DNA of 64,000 bases from Lepidodermella squamata (taxonomy: Eukaryota; Animalia; Gastrotricha). Positions 48,053-60,051 of the stretch are shown piece after piece. Location of the stretch: the NCBI GenBank assembly GCA_047495785.1, contig JBLDXI010000023.1:868001-932000 (forward strand). Reading direction: 5' to 3'. Within the stretch, counting starts at the first letter, position 1. Each line of letters opens with the position of its first letter. The position numbers and the translations under genes are program-made. Below the pieces are notes generated by a model. The model was not told the origin of the DNA and made no database searches. It saw only the letters and a list, made by a program, of their open reading frames with translations.

Positions 48053-50262
48053 CTACTTCGAGCTACTTATTTTCTTGCCGTGACTAATTTTAGTCACGCG
48101 AGGCAATCTATTCCCAGGGTGGCAAACTGCGTTGTGACGATTTTCGTCAATGATTGTTGGCTGGATCGTGTAATCGCATAGTTCACAACGTTTGGTTTGG
48201 TATGGATAGGCCATTTCAGGCTCAGCTTTTTGCTTGAAAATTTCAGGCGCTTTCTTGAAGTGGCCAAATCGTTCGTGGTCTTTGACCGGATCGGGGAAGC
48301 CATATTCGTTTAGGTATTCCCATACCCTGGTCCTTGACCTTGGTAGCTCTGCGCAATGGTCGCACTTGGACGCTTCAGCCGGCTCACAACAGACGAAGAT
48401 CGTCATGCCATTCCTTCTGTTCATGGGAATTGAATATTAGATAATTTTTAGGTGACGATTTACTATTACTTGTCCATGTGTTTACTCATAAGCTGCTGCT
48501 CGGTGACAAGGTCTTCGTCTCTGAGACTGCCGCTCAGCACGTCAGCATGCTCCGCAGGTGAAAGAGCGGGAAACCGGCATTCAGATTTGTCGATGATACT
48601 GACAACGGGCTGAGGATTGCCAAGCGATTGGCCATAAATGGCATTCTCGAAACGCTCGTGAACCGCCATTAAGACATTGTTTGCGACGTATAGTTTTCGT
48701 TCCTCGTCGTCTTCATAGTTCGCTTTCAGGTCTGGGTGATCTGCCGATTTAGTCATTGCGTTGGTCAGCTTGGCGTTGTAAAACGCCCAGAAGCGCTCAA
48801 TAGGGTTGTACGCACTGTAACCAGCAGCATGGGCTGTGATCACCATTGTCTCGGCTTTAGTTTCTCGAAACAGCCGCCAATAGAGTACTCGATTCGCGAT
48901 ATGTTCTTGTGAGTAGTCAGGGCCGTTGTCAGTGATTAGAAAAATATTGCGCCTCAAATTGTCCGAAGCTAGCGGAATGACATGATTGATCAGGTCGTCG
49001 CAGTGTTCCGGTAGGTTCGAGTCGTTGAAAAATTTCGATCTGATTTTTGAAGAATTTATTTACCCAATAGTTAAAAATAGTTCAACGGACCTTAAAACAA
49101 CCACTGGCAGTTTCTCTGTAAATTTCCTAGCGTTGCCCGGATTATTCTCCGTTTTCAGGATGAGATAACCACAGGGAGTCACTTTCAAATCCTGATCACC
49201 AGGGTAGTCATGGTCCGGAAGGTCAACGCGAACATCCTCAGGAAGATAGCCTCGATCTCTGGTTCGCTTGTTAACAAGAGACATGCCGGGGGTTATCTTG
49301 AGTTAAATTAAGCTCAAATTAGTCCACAATTTCGTTTTAAAAAACCAATCAAGCCTCTTATTTAGAAGCGTTTGAGCTATTTTACCTTCATTTTGTTGTC
49401 ACACGAAAGAAGAAGGATCTCGTCTTGGAATACTCCTGCTAGATAATAGAAGTAGCCAATGCGGCTTGCAACGTAATGTTGAAGAATCGGGTCTCCGTTT
49501 TTTATGTTGTAAGATTTCGGCTTAACTCGATACTTGACCTTTCCTCGATAATTTTTCGCATTTCTATAGCCCTTGTTGGGTGCAAGCATCATACGACGCA
49601 ATGAGCTCTCGCTTATTTTAACGAAACCTTTCTCCTTTAAAAATGTGTCTCAATTATTTTAGAGGTTTATAATTTTAACAGTTATTTACTTGAAGCCGAC
49701 GATGTAGTAACGGAATCGATACTGAAATCACATTATCGCCATGCCTTTTTTCTGGAGCAGCAATCTTATTTAGTTCCTCCAGAATGCCGTTGACCTCATC
49801 GACAAGCGTAGGGTATTTTTCCTCTATCGCTCGTCGCCCCACTCTGCCACGCTGGTAGAACGATGAGCGGGGCATCCTCGGTGGTCTTATTGCACTTCTG
49901 ACCGCTAGACTCGCTTCTGAGAGCGTGAAAGGGCTACCGCAGCTTGTAATTGACGGAAAATCGAAGTCACAGCCTTGAACAAAGCCCTGCAGTCTGGGCA
50001 TTTCATTCAAGGTTTTAACTATTTTGAAAAATTTCAATGGATTTTACCGCGGTCTTTTCGTTGCAGGCGAACTTGACGCGGAACTCGACTCGCTCGATGA
50101 CGATGTAGAACTTCGCGCGCTGGTATGTGTAGCATCATCGCTGCTGGCAACTGATGATGGTGCATCCTGCCGACTAGAAGCTGTTAATGACCAGTCCGAG
50201 CTACTTGCCGCCTCATTGCACCAATCGGAACTCGACTGGCTAGATGTGCTATCGCTGTCCAT
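48053..50262 (-). CDS. Zator DDE transposase, ~635 aa; exons 50262-50048, 49993-49690, 49634-49386, 49296-49091, 49039-48470, 48416-48053
   Basis: Five GT-AG introns give one open 1908-nt frame; motifs LLSCDNK, LPDHDY, LITDNGPD, AAGYSAYNPIER typical of Zator/TP36; C-terminal Cys/His clusters. Confidence 0.85.
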
Positions 50263-52298
50263 GAAAATGAAACCGGTGAGTAATTACTTCTAAATTATGG
50301 AAGCGTTCGAAGGTACATGATTTTTATGGAAAGATAACATGGAATCAGCCTAGAAATAATGCCAAATTTTAGAGATTTTTTAAATTTAAATTTTAAATTT
50401 AATTTTAAATGAATATTAATAAATACTGTGATGAAAAATGATGAAAAAATGATGAAAATGTTTAAAAAATAACAGAGAATTATTTTCTGATTATTATAGT
50501 ATATTTGTGTGCAATAAAAAATATTCATTAAAATTAAATAAAAATCGTATAATAAAAAGTGTATAGTTTCTTTTTTGGATTTGTTTTATCATAAAAAAAT
50601 ATAAAATAAATCTAAAATAGGAATTAAAAATTGAACTAAATTATAATTTAATAGAAAAAAATAAAAACATTAAATTCAAATTTAAAAAATCTAAAATCAT
50701 TTTCACGGTAATTAATTATTCTATAATTCGCCTAAGCTTTTTGTAAATTATGAAAAGTTTTCAAAATAGGGCGCAATTTTTGTGAAATTTATGACAGGGT
50801 TGTAAGGTGTAATTTGTTGTTATTGAATTAACTCGAAAGTGTTTGCACGTTGCACTATAACGGCTCGTGTGCTGTGGTCTTATAACTTACTGTTACATCT
50901 TGTCATTTCAATTTTTGTATCATTTTGCAGATGGCCGCCGACCGCCTCCACGTCAAGTGCTATTACACTGGATAGCAAAATTGAAGGAGATAACAATTTT
51001 CTTAATTTTTCCCAATCATCATTATTTTATTGCTCAGTGTACTAATAAAATCTGAAATGACAAATTCGGTGTTTAACACACGTCAGAGGAGCAATTTATT
51101 GCTCAGTAATTATAACGGTGTTCGTGTGCAACGCGGCCGCTTGCTCGCGCATTAGTGCGCGGCCGCCTTTTCCTGTCTTGTTCGTGTGCAACGCATGTTA
51201 TGCAACGCACTCGTTGAGTTTTATTACGTCCGTGTGCAACCCGCCCGGCTCGTTTAACACCGGCGCGATACGATCCTGTACGAATCAAGTAAAGCTGGGT
51301 TCATAAATTGCAAAATGTTTGCCGTATATGTCATATAGGACGAACTTGCTCTTCCGTGAGTTTAAATGTTCGCGAAAACTGTTAATAAATCTGCGTGTTT
51401 GCGGCAATAGCGCGTGAACAACCCGCGCGCACAAAAATTTTTGGCGGCGAAGAAATTGACCGAAACGGGTTATATTTTATATTTTCTACTGTTCGGTGCT
51501 GTTGTAGTAAAATGTAAAATGTTCGCCGAAAAATGGCCTAGTTGAATCATGTCATTCGTTTTCATCTCAATTTTCATAACAATAGCGCCGGGAATATTAG
51601 CTGGTAGCTATATTCGACGGCCGCCGATTTATTTCCATCGCCATTTTCATTCAAAGACTAAAGCATTTTTAGATCAAGACTGTCCGTAAAAACCTGTGAA
51701 ATAACGCCCAAGCCGTCGTTCTCTGATCATTATCAATTATTGGCTTGATGCTCATAGTCGTATAGTCATCATTTTTAAACAGCATGCCAGAACAACGAAT
51801 TTCGCGCCTTTTTCTGCCCGACTGCACGAAGGCTGTTACGCGCTGATTTTACACGCCGATAGCAATCACACATCGGCTACGGCGCGGTAAAGACGCGGCG
51901 TTTGGCTGGGAAATAGCCACGCACCGAGACGCCTGGGTACCACGAGAGCGACACAAGCTAATTACAAACTCGTTAAACCGAAGCTAATGGTTGTAGTCGG
52001 AACCAAACTCGGTGCTCTTTTATGCGGCTTGAGCGCACTTGAAGTAGTCGCATGAAATGTGCGTTGTTAGCAAAGTGCGCGGCGCCTTGAGACTAGTAGA
52101 CTGTTACTTTATTATTAGTCTCGAGTGCGGCGCGGCGCGTCGCGTTTTATTACTATAATGTTAAATTTCGCCCGCATTTTCGACCGCATCATTTTTCCCC
52201 GTCTTCACGCGCATCGATGGGCATTGTTATTTACGTTTACTGCCGCTTATTATTGTTCCTGTTTTTATTGCTTTAGGTGATTTGTTTGTTATTACGAT

Positions 52299-53788
52299 AT
52301 GGTCGCTTTTATGTACAAAGACAACAAAGTATCCCGCGTTGGCTACGCGAAATGGGTTGGGCGAGATGGCGCTGTCGAATGGTACCGCGTGGGTGTGATT
52401 GGCAACGAGTTCATCGATAAATCTGAATTGAAAAATCAAGGCAAGGGTGATTCGTACGTGGTTTCGTTTGGCGACAAACCGGACTCCAATCCAACACCGT
52501 CCGTGTGGTGGTCGACTGAGGTCCACAAGAAGCTGCCCGATGATGCGAATCTCATTGGTGCCGACGCATTACCAAAGTCGCTCCTCACATGCTTGAAGAA
52601 GAAAAAAGAAAACGAATCAGTAGCGGAGAAACAGGCACGGCGGCGTGCGGCCGACGAAGCGCAGCAGCAGCCGCAGCAGCAGCAACAACAACAAGAACAG
52701 GCAAGCGGGCCGAGCGGTGCGAAGGCCGCCGCATTCGAAGCAAACGACGATTCGGACATTGATGTGCCACTCAAGTCCAACAAGGAAAACCAGGTATTTT
52801 CCGTAATAATGATTTAATTTTTTTTTAATTTTCAATTTTTTTTTATTTCACAGCCTTCGAAACCCGCAACTGTGAAGGAAACATCGATTGTTACTCACGC
52901 CTCGTCTAACTCACAACCTCAGTCCGCAACCTCTATGTTTCGCGAATGGATCGTCAACGCCGTAGCTGATGATCGCGATGATGATGGCCATGTATCAGAG
53001 GTATTTTCTTATTATTTTCTCGCTATTGTGTTAATTTCATTATATGATAGCAAGTGTACGATTTTCCGGAAGAAAATGCTAGCAACGGCGCCGCGACGAG
53101 TAGCGGCCACAAATCTACCCATCGCAAATCTGCTGACGATCGCCATCAGGTATTAATGTAATTATTGTTTTCAATTAAATTTAATATTTTTTCTTATGAT
53201 AGCTATTGAAGCGCACTTTCTTGAATGAAAAAAAGCGTTCCCATAAACGACCAAAGGTGGGTATTAAAATGATATTTATGTGTTGTTAATACTTATTGTT
53301 TTGTTTTTGTATTTTTAGATTTCGTCTGGCTATTCCGACGACGACGACGAATTAAATTCGACGCCGCGCGCCTCTTCCACCGGCGAAGCCACACCGCGCG
53401 GAACGCTAAACATCGGCGGCATCACTCGCTAAGCCATCGGCGAGGCTGACTTGTCAGACAATTTCAAGTTAAAACAAGGGAGTGTGATGGACTTTTGCGC
53501 CGCCGCTCTTCAAGACTTCGCGAAATCCACGTAAGCTCGGTACCACATGATACAACCAGCTTAATAATTTGCTTTACCTATCTTTCCAGGCAGATGACGA
53601 ACGCCGCGGCTGTGAACAATTTTGACCTTGTTACGGCCGTTTGCCGCGAAGCAATATCCCGATTTAAGACAATTGCGGCTGAAGACCTCGCCAGGCAGGT
53701 GCAACGCGTGTTGCGCTTGCGTTTCAAGCGACAGGCCGGAAAAGTTGCGGCCGAAGAAGAAACGGCGGCTGAGATCAGCGATCTATAA
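52299..53788 (+). CDS. Accessory multi-exon gene inside the Zator element (possible DUF4806/BEN-like DNA-binding protein), with one in-frame TAA at 53430-53432
   Basis: Trp-rich N-terminal domain, poly-Q/acidic linker and helical C-terminus (DLVTAVCREAISRFKTIAAEDLARQVQRVL), joined by ~55-60 bp introns (e.g. 52794-52853, 53531-53589). Confidence 0.55.
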
Positions 53789-54425
53789 AAATTATCAATT
53801 CAACATTTCGTTTTTTCACCTTTCCTTTTGTAATGTATTGTATTGCTATGATTAAATTGCAGCTATCTAATATTTACGGCACGCTTTAATCGCCGATTCT
53901 TTCGGTTTTTTTTCAATTTGAATTTCCGATGAAATGCCAATGGCCAATAAAACCGCTGAAATCAACTAAACGTGTTTTCGCCAAATTGTGACGCCATTGC
54001 GCCCAGGTTTTTATTTCGCGCCATTTTATTGAGTGAGGTAAAATCTATCGCCTTATTCGTGAGATTTGCATGAGAACAGTCGATTTGAAAGGCCGAATTA
54101 ATTTCAGTTTTATTCAACAGAAAGTGGAAACTGAATAAGCGCGCACCTAAAATCACGTGACGGCGCAGTGCGCGCGGCTGTGGCTGCGCAACATTATTTG
54201 TCGGTTGTTGGCCAATGAAATTCATGAAAGGCCATATCTCATTGTGATTGGCGCGTGTGAGCGCGTTGTTGCGAAGTGAGCGTTGCTATTGGCTAGTATT
54301 ACAACAGGTTACAACATGTGCACGCGCTAATTATTATTGAACACCGTTCTGTGCGGCTGCTGCTAACAATAATTATAATAATTTTTTACCCGTTACTCTT
54401 AGGTTCATTAATTTTTTCGAACAAA

Positions 54426-54890
54426 ATGCCTAAAAATTCGACAGCCAGAAGCCTCAAGTGCCGTTCGAAAAAGAGTCACACAGAGCGAGACGAAATTCGC
54501 GCTAAAAACCGACTCGATATGCAAGTGAAACGTTCACGCCAAAGCGCCGAGAAGCGCCGAGAAGAGAATGAAGCCGCCCGATTGCGAATGGCAAAACTGC
54601 GCTCGAACAAGAAGAACAGCAAGGAAAATAATCACAGCGACGCGAATCAGATTGACGCGCCATCTTTTCAGTTCCAGTTATTTCCGGCCGAACCAAAACA
54701 TCTTTTCTCCTTCACGCAGTTCGATTCAGGTACCACCTGTACAAAAGTAAATAACAAACTGGGTTTTCAACAAATAATTTTTTTAGATATTGAAGATAAT
54801 CACCCGCGCGAATACGAAAACCTACAACCTTTCCGTCTGGCTGGTTACATTTATGATTTTCTGGAAAACGATGCGAAAAAATCCAATTAG
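54426..54890 (+). CDS. Small basic helical protein inside the Zator element (probable intron 54730-54786)
   Basis: MPKNSTARSLK...EKRREENEAARLRMAKLRS, an R/E-rich STPR-like pattern; in-frame GT-AG intron. Confidence 0.45.
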   Translation: MPKNSTARSLKCRSKKSHTERDEIRAKNRLDMQVKRSRQSAEKRREENEAARLRMAKLRSNKKNSKENNHSDANQIDAPSFQFQLFPAEPKHLFSFTQFDSGTTCTKVNNKLGFQQIIFLDIEDNHPREYENLQPFRLAGYIYDFLENDAKKSN

Positions 54891-55401
54891 CAACGCAGTT
54901 CAAACTAGCTCATCATCACTTTATTTGAGGATGGTTTTTGTATCACTTACTCATCGGCATGGATGTATAAAAGACATGCATAATAAAAGGCGCCATCGTC
55001 TGTTTATTTGTTGTTTTATGCTGGCCTTGTTTTTCAGCGATATTCACAGCGTTGGCAGTGTCAGAAAACGTACGCGTCCTATATATTACACAATTACGTA
55101 ACGAGAGAACGCTGAACAACATTCATTTCTTTCAATATAAAATAAAAGGTGGAATAGCTGAAAAACAACTTAGAATCAAAGCAGTAATGTTAGCGAATTT
55201 CCGGTTTTGCTCGTCAACGAAGTTTTTGTGCGGCCGTGCAATATGTTATGCAATACATAATTATTTAGCAAGCGCGCGCGCGCGCGACGCACGGGCCAAT
55301 TATGTATTGCGTAACACGTCGCGCAAATTTTATGACTTTTAATGTGATTCAAAAAAATACGCAATGAATTAACATGATTAGTTGGTATAATCGATGAAGG
55401 T

Positions 55402-56004
55402 TAACACGTTACGAGCGAGGTGAGCAGTTTTTTTAGATTGGAAACATATTCTGCAACAAAATCAATAATCGATAATCAATAATCCATAATCGATAATCGA
55501 TATAAATAATCGGGATGTCTATGCCTCGATGCTATAGAAAGTAAAAGAAGGTTCAGAGCAGCAGCTACAAACGATCATATATATATATATATATGCGCAG
55601 CATATTTTTTCTTCAGCCAGATGACCAAATCGATAACCGAAAATCAATCACTTATCGATTCTGATTGTTCGATTTTTGATATAACCAATTCCTCAAATGC
55701 TTGCTAACCTTGATTGCCCTGTCAATGATGGAAAAGGCTTGATGATGCAGAGTGTTTTGATTATTATTGAGCAATTGGTGGACTGATTGATTGGTTATCA
55801 CCTATAATCGATAATCGATAATGAGCGGACTCCTTAACCTGTATTAGGTCTTCAGAACATCTGCAGCACATTTTCACCCCATATGATGGCTCAGGAGCTT
55901 CCTGAGAGCTCTAGGACACGTTTGGACTTGTTTTAACACATCGTGGCACAGCGAGGCACGGCGAGGCACGCTGTGTCCACGAAAATAGAAATCGGCGTGA
56001 CCCC
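55402..56004. repeat. Right TIR of the Zator element
   Basis: Reverse complement of 46945-47560. Confidence 0.95.
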
Positions 56005-56827
56005 TTATCAGAAATATTTACATGACCCAACAATGAACACAATGCTAGAACAGTGCTTCCCAACCTTTTTCCGTTGTGGGCCATTTCCTAACTCATTTTG
56101 CATCCCAGCGGGCCGCTACCACTGTATTGTAAGAACACAGCGGTATTGTAAGAACCTGAATCAGGTCATGACTTGAGGGAGTAGTTGACCCAGTTCTCGC
56201 CTGTGGAATTCAATTGATATGCCCCTCCCCTCCGTTAAGGCAAAGGCCCGAAAAGTGTGGAGATAGATTTCGGGTCAACATGCTTCACCTTTAAGTAACT
56301 CGAGCAGTAGAAATGCTTCAACTCATCATTATGATAATCAATTAGCCGTGACATGACTCAGCGTGCTGTACTATGAATATTTACTATTGCCATGAATCCA
56401 AACCTGCTGACATCTGGCCTACTTATTCTTTGTTGAATGAACTCGCCAGTAAGCTCACTAAGGAAAACAGCCCTCGATAGTGCTCACAGCGCAGTTTTCT
56501 CACTTAACTCACTATGCGGAGATGGGAAATTGAGTTAAACTTTACCAACATATATAAACCAATAAACAGAATTCCTGGCAAAATGGCAACATCTGAATGG
56601 GTGCTTGTGCTGTGTGGTGAATCTGAGGGGAAATCGCATTCGCAGATGAAAATCTGGACGTGGAACTTGCAACATAGACCATCCTATAAACCAAAGGATG
56701 AACATGCGATGAATCAGAGAGGAAATTGCATTCGAGATTATCGGCAGTGTCGATCAATATTATGAAAACTCAAGCAACTTTTCATCCAGTTACCATTGTT
56801 ATTTCATCCAGTTGTAAAATCATTATC

Positions 56828-58009
56828 ATGGCTAGTTCGATTTTCCAAGCAATTCTGATCATCCACATGTTGCAGGATGCCTCTGCGAAACCAGCTAACA
56901 ATGACAGCATTTGGACGTTCAATCCAACTTCAACGATTCTAAGCAACTGCAGGATAGGACCAACAGTTAATTCACCGACTGAACTAGAGAGAGAGCCAAC
57001 TCTAATTAAGCTAGCACTACGACCACAACTTTTAACGGAAATTGACGATGTGTCCGAAACATTTACTATGGTGGCTTCACTCTCAATATCCTACAAATCG
57101 AACTGCATTGCCGATCTCTACGGTAATGTTTCGCGTAATGGCAGAGTCGAATGGCCGCCTGTCATCGATGTGTTGTCAAAGGAAGACCCGAGCCTATACT
57201 GGTATCCAACCTTGTTCCATGCAAATGCGATCGACAGCTCGGCAATTGGCGAAGGTTATCGTCGATATATAACCGTAGAACTCCTTCAAGGGAACGTTAT
57301 ATTTGGCTTGGCTGGGAAATATGAGTCATACTGTAATTTAGACATGACTTTCTTCCCCTTCGATAAGCAGACGTGTGATATCGAATTTATTCTATCGCAA
57401 AGTGACAAATTCGCAAAAATCAGTAGCGCAAGGTTCTTGGTGTTAAAACGAAACAAAACTCCATTTATGAAGGAGAACTCCGGGTGGGAGCATGACGTGT
57501 CGCAACGATCCGCATCGTTTGGCGTTCTAGAATACAACCCATTAACTAATATGTCAATGGCTACTTTCAGCTTCGTGTTCAAACGGAAACCTGAATACTA
57601 TTTGACATACCTTTTCGGGCCGAGTGTGCTTCTCAGCGTGTTGATTCTGTCGTCATTTCTGATCCCAGCCGAGGTTCCAGATCGACCTGTTTTCGCTTGT
57701 ACGGTCATGTTGTCTATATTTGTTCTTCAAAATAACCTACAGGCGTACTTGCCAAAAACCCCGAAACCGATGGCTGCCGGAATTTTCAACTTGTCGCAAG
57801 CCGTCCTCGCTACGCTATGCATCATATACGAATCCATGATGTGCGGTTTCATCGCTCTGCTGCCAGAAATCTCTGGTAAAAAGTTGCCCATTCTCGGTAG
57901 AACAGTTTCTTTCTATTTTGTTATCGATGCCATTGTGTTTTTACTGACCTTTATTGCATATTTAACGTCATATGTGGTGATTGGTATCATTTTGTTACAG
58001 CTGTTCTAA
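56828..58009 (+). CDS. Divergent Cys-loop LGIC subunit, subfamily G (single exon)
   Basis: Likely start MASSIFQAILII (56828) by alignment with 45514; CNLDMTFFPFDKQTC; 4 TM. Confidence 0.92.
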   Translation: MASSIFQAILIIHMLQDASAKPANNDSIWTFNPTSTILSNCRIGPTVNSPTELEREPTLIKLALRPQLLTEIDDVSETFTMVASLSISYKSNCIADLYGNVSRNGRVEWPPVIDVLSKEDPSLYWYPTLFHANAIDSSAIGEGYRRYITVELLQGNVIFGLAGKYESYCNLDMTFFPFDKQTCDIEFILSQSDKFAKISSARFLVLKRNKTPFMKENSGWEHDVSQRSASFGVLEYNPLTNMSMATFSFVFKRKPEYYLTYLFGPSVLLSVLILSSFLIPAEVPDRPVFACTVMLSIFVLQNNLQAYLPKTPKPMAAGIFNLSQAVLATLCIIYESMMCGFIALLPEISGKKLPILGRTVSFYFVIDAIVFLLTFIAYLTSYVVIGIILLQLF

Positions 58010-60051
58010 ATTCTAAGAAGTTTAAGTCATACGAACGGAAAAAACTCGCCCCATCTTCGCTTGCTGCGTTTAGTACTGTCTTGTGTATAGGATAACTCTT
58101 TTATTAGTAAAATTTAACCGAGTCTTCATGTTTCTGAAACTGCTGATATTATCGGTTGTTGGGGATAGTTTCAGTGTATCCATACGCATTTTTAATTTCT
58201 GGCTTCACGGAGACTTTCAAATTATGTGAGGCAGATAAATATCTTTAAAGCAAAAGTATTTTCGTGTTTCACAGAAGATCCGAAGATGCCCTTTCGGCTG
58301 GGGACTACTACTGTATGGACCCGACACTTTCAAGCAAACTTTCAAGTGTCCTGTAGGACACTGGTGTCCTATGGGCCTCAAAATGACAAAAGGAAAAAAA
58401 TAGATCCGCACTTAGAAACAAGGTATTTTTGCACCATTTTTCAGACTCAAATCGAAAGAAAATCGTCAGCTAATGCTCGCTTCGCTCGCGAGTTGCCTAT
58501 TTATGAAATAATTCATGAAAACCCCCGATGGGACGATAAATGATGGAATCAATTTTTGAAACTGACCTATGTCCCTTGTTGTTTAAGCACGTTACAGATT
58601 GCACCTTACGACATGATTAATTGAAAGTTCATAATTAACGTGTGCATTTCTCGGAAGGCATTTCCTCATATTTAAGATATTATACGTCGTTTTTCAGTGT
58701 CGAATTCTGAAAATTCTAAAAAAAAAGTTTATGTTTCACCCGGGATTTTATCAGTTTCGAGCACGGTTGCCATCAAAAACCAATTTGAACAAGCAATCAA
58801 TTTGTCGCTCAAAAATTTGCAACAAATCCCAACCAAATTTCAGCCATTTTACCTAGGTGTCCTACGAGCCATTCTCATAGGACACTGCTGTGTCATACGA
58901 GACAAAAAGTTTGGAAACCGCTGGGCTAAACCTGTGTATTAATTCACTCAATAATGGCGATGACTTATCCTAATCTGAACGCAATCTGACCTAGCGGTGA
59001 TAAAGGAGCCTCGAGTGATTATTAATGTAATTTATGTCAGTCTCCCTCTACCTCGAATCTCTCGAAGTTTAAATGGCCGCCTCCGGTCTAGCTTTGATCT
59101 AATACGATCAAAGATCAAAGTAGACGGATCATTTCGCCATTTCTCGATCTACTGATTTCCGACTGGGGATAGTGGTCTTTTTTATCAATTATTCGCAGGA
59201 CGCAGGACACAGGACACAAGTGTGAATAAGTTGTGTGCGTGATGAGAGTGGTGTTACCACCTGGGCTCCGCTAGGTACCCGTCTCTCAGTGCACCATCCA
59301 CCACCTCCTTTCTCCGACCAACATGTAACAACCCAACACAGAGGCCATAACGCAGTCACGGATCATCAGATTGCACAATATTGGAGCTACATTGATGGAT
59401 GACCAGCAAGGCTGCTTGCTGTGCACGCTGGGTGGTCGAACGCCAACTACTCCGTGCCACAGTGAGACAAGCAGTTTAGTGCGTTTTTTTTAAGCGATGA
59501 GGTAGTCTGCCGACTAGCACTAACTTCCCTTTGTCCCAGCATCGCCCATTTAACGCAGACGTCGACCGATTCCGATTCCGATTGTGTGCGTGAAAATGCG
59601 TCACCACTGCGTTACACATTGCGGGTAGGAATGCTTCAACTAGCCATTATGAATTATGATTATCAATTAGCCGTGACATGGCTGTGCATATGCTGTAGGT
59701 ACTATAAACATATTATTATTTACAAAAATAGCTTGATGAATATTATAGTGCTCATCGACCCAGCCCCCTCAGTATAAATTGAATCAAATAAAATTAAACG
59801 TTTTATTGAACAGTTTGCACTAATTTAACAGAGATTGCTATAAACTAAATTCCACGCTGGAAAACTGAGTGAGATCTTTTAGTGAAAGCTTCTCGCAAAC
59901 TATTATTTGGACGCGGAATTCTTATGAGCCATAGCTATTATTCTCAATAACTAAACGATTTCTTCAGAATCCAAACCTGCTGGCCCAACCTGGACAGTTA
60001 GCTCCTTACAGCCCTTGCAGTGTTCGAGCAGGCTTTCAACGGACTATTATT

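Larger units (their letters stand above)
46945..56004 (-). mobile_element. Zator-superfamily DNA transposon, 9060 bp
   Basis: TTA|GGGGTCACGCC...GGCGTGACCCC|TTA (TWA TSD, GG termini), ~610-bp near-identical TIRs, and a TP36/ISAzo13-like transposase. Confidence 0.88.

Noticed and set aside
46945-56004. PIF/Harbinger assignment based on the TTA TSD and GGG ends
   Set aside because: The transposase motifs (DHDY, TDNGPD, SAYNPIER) fit Zator/TP36 rather than Harbinger.
56051-58923. hAT-like ends (cagtgcttcccaacc / gtttggaaaccgctg) flanking an LGIC gene, suggesting transposon capture
   Set aside because: The ends match only 16/20 and the flanking 8-mers differ (tgctagaa versus ggctaaac); more likely ends of separate old elements.
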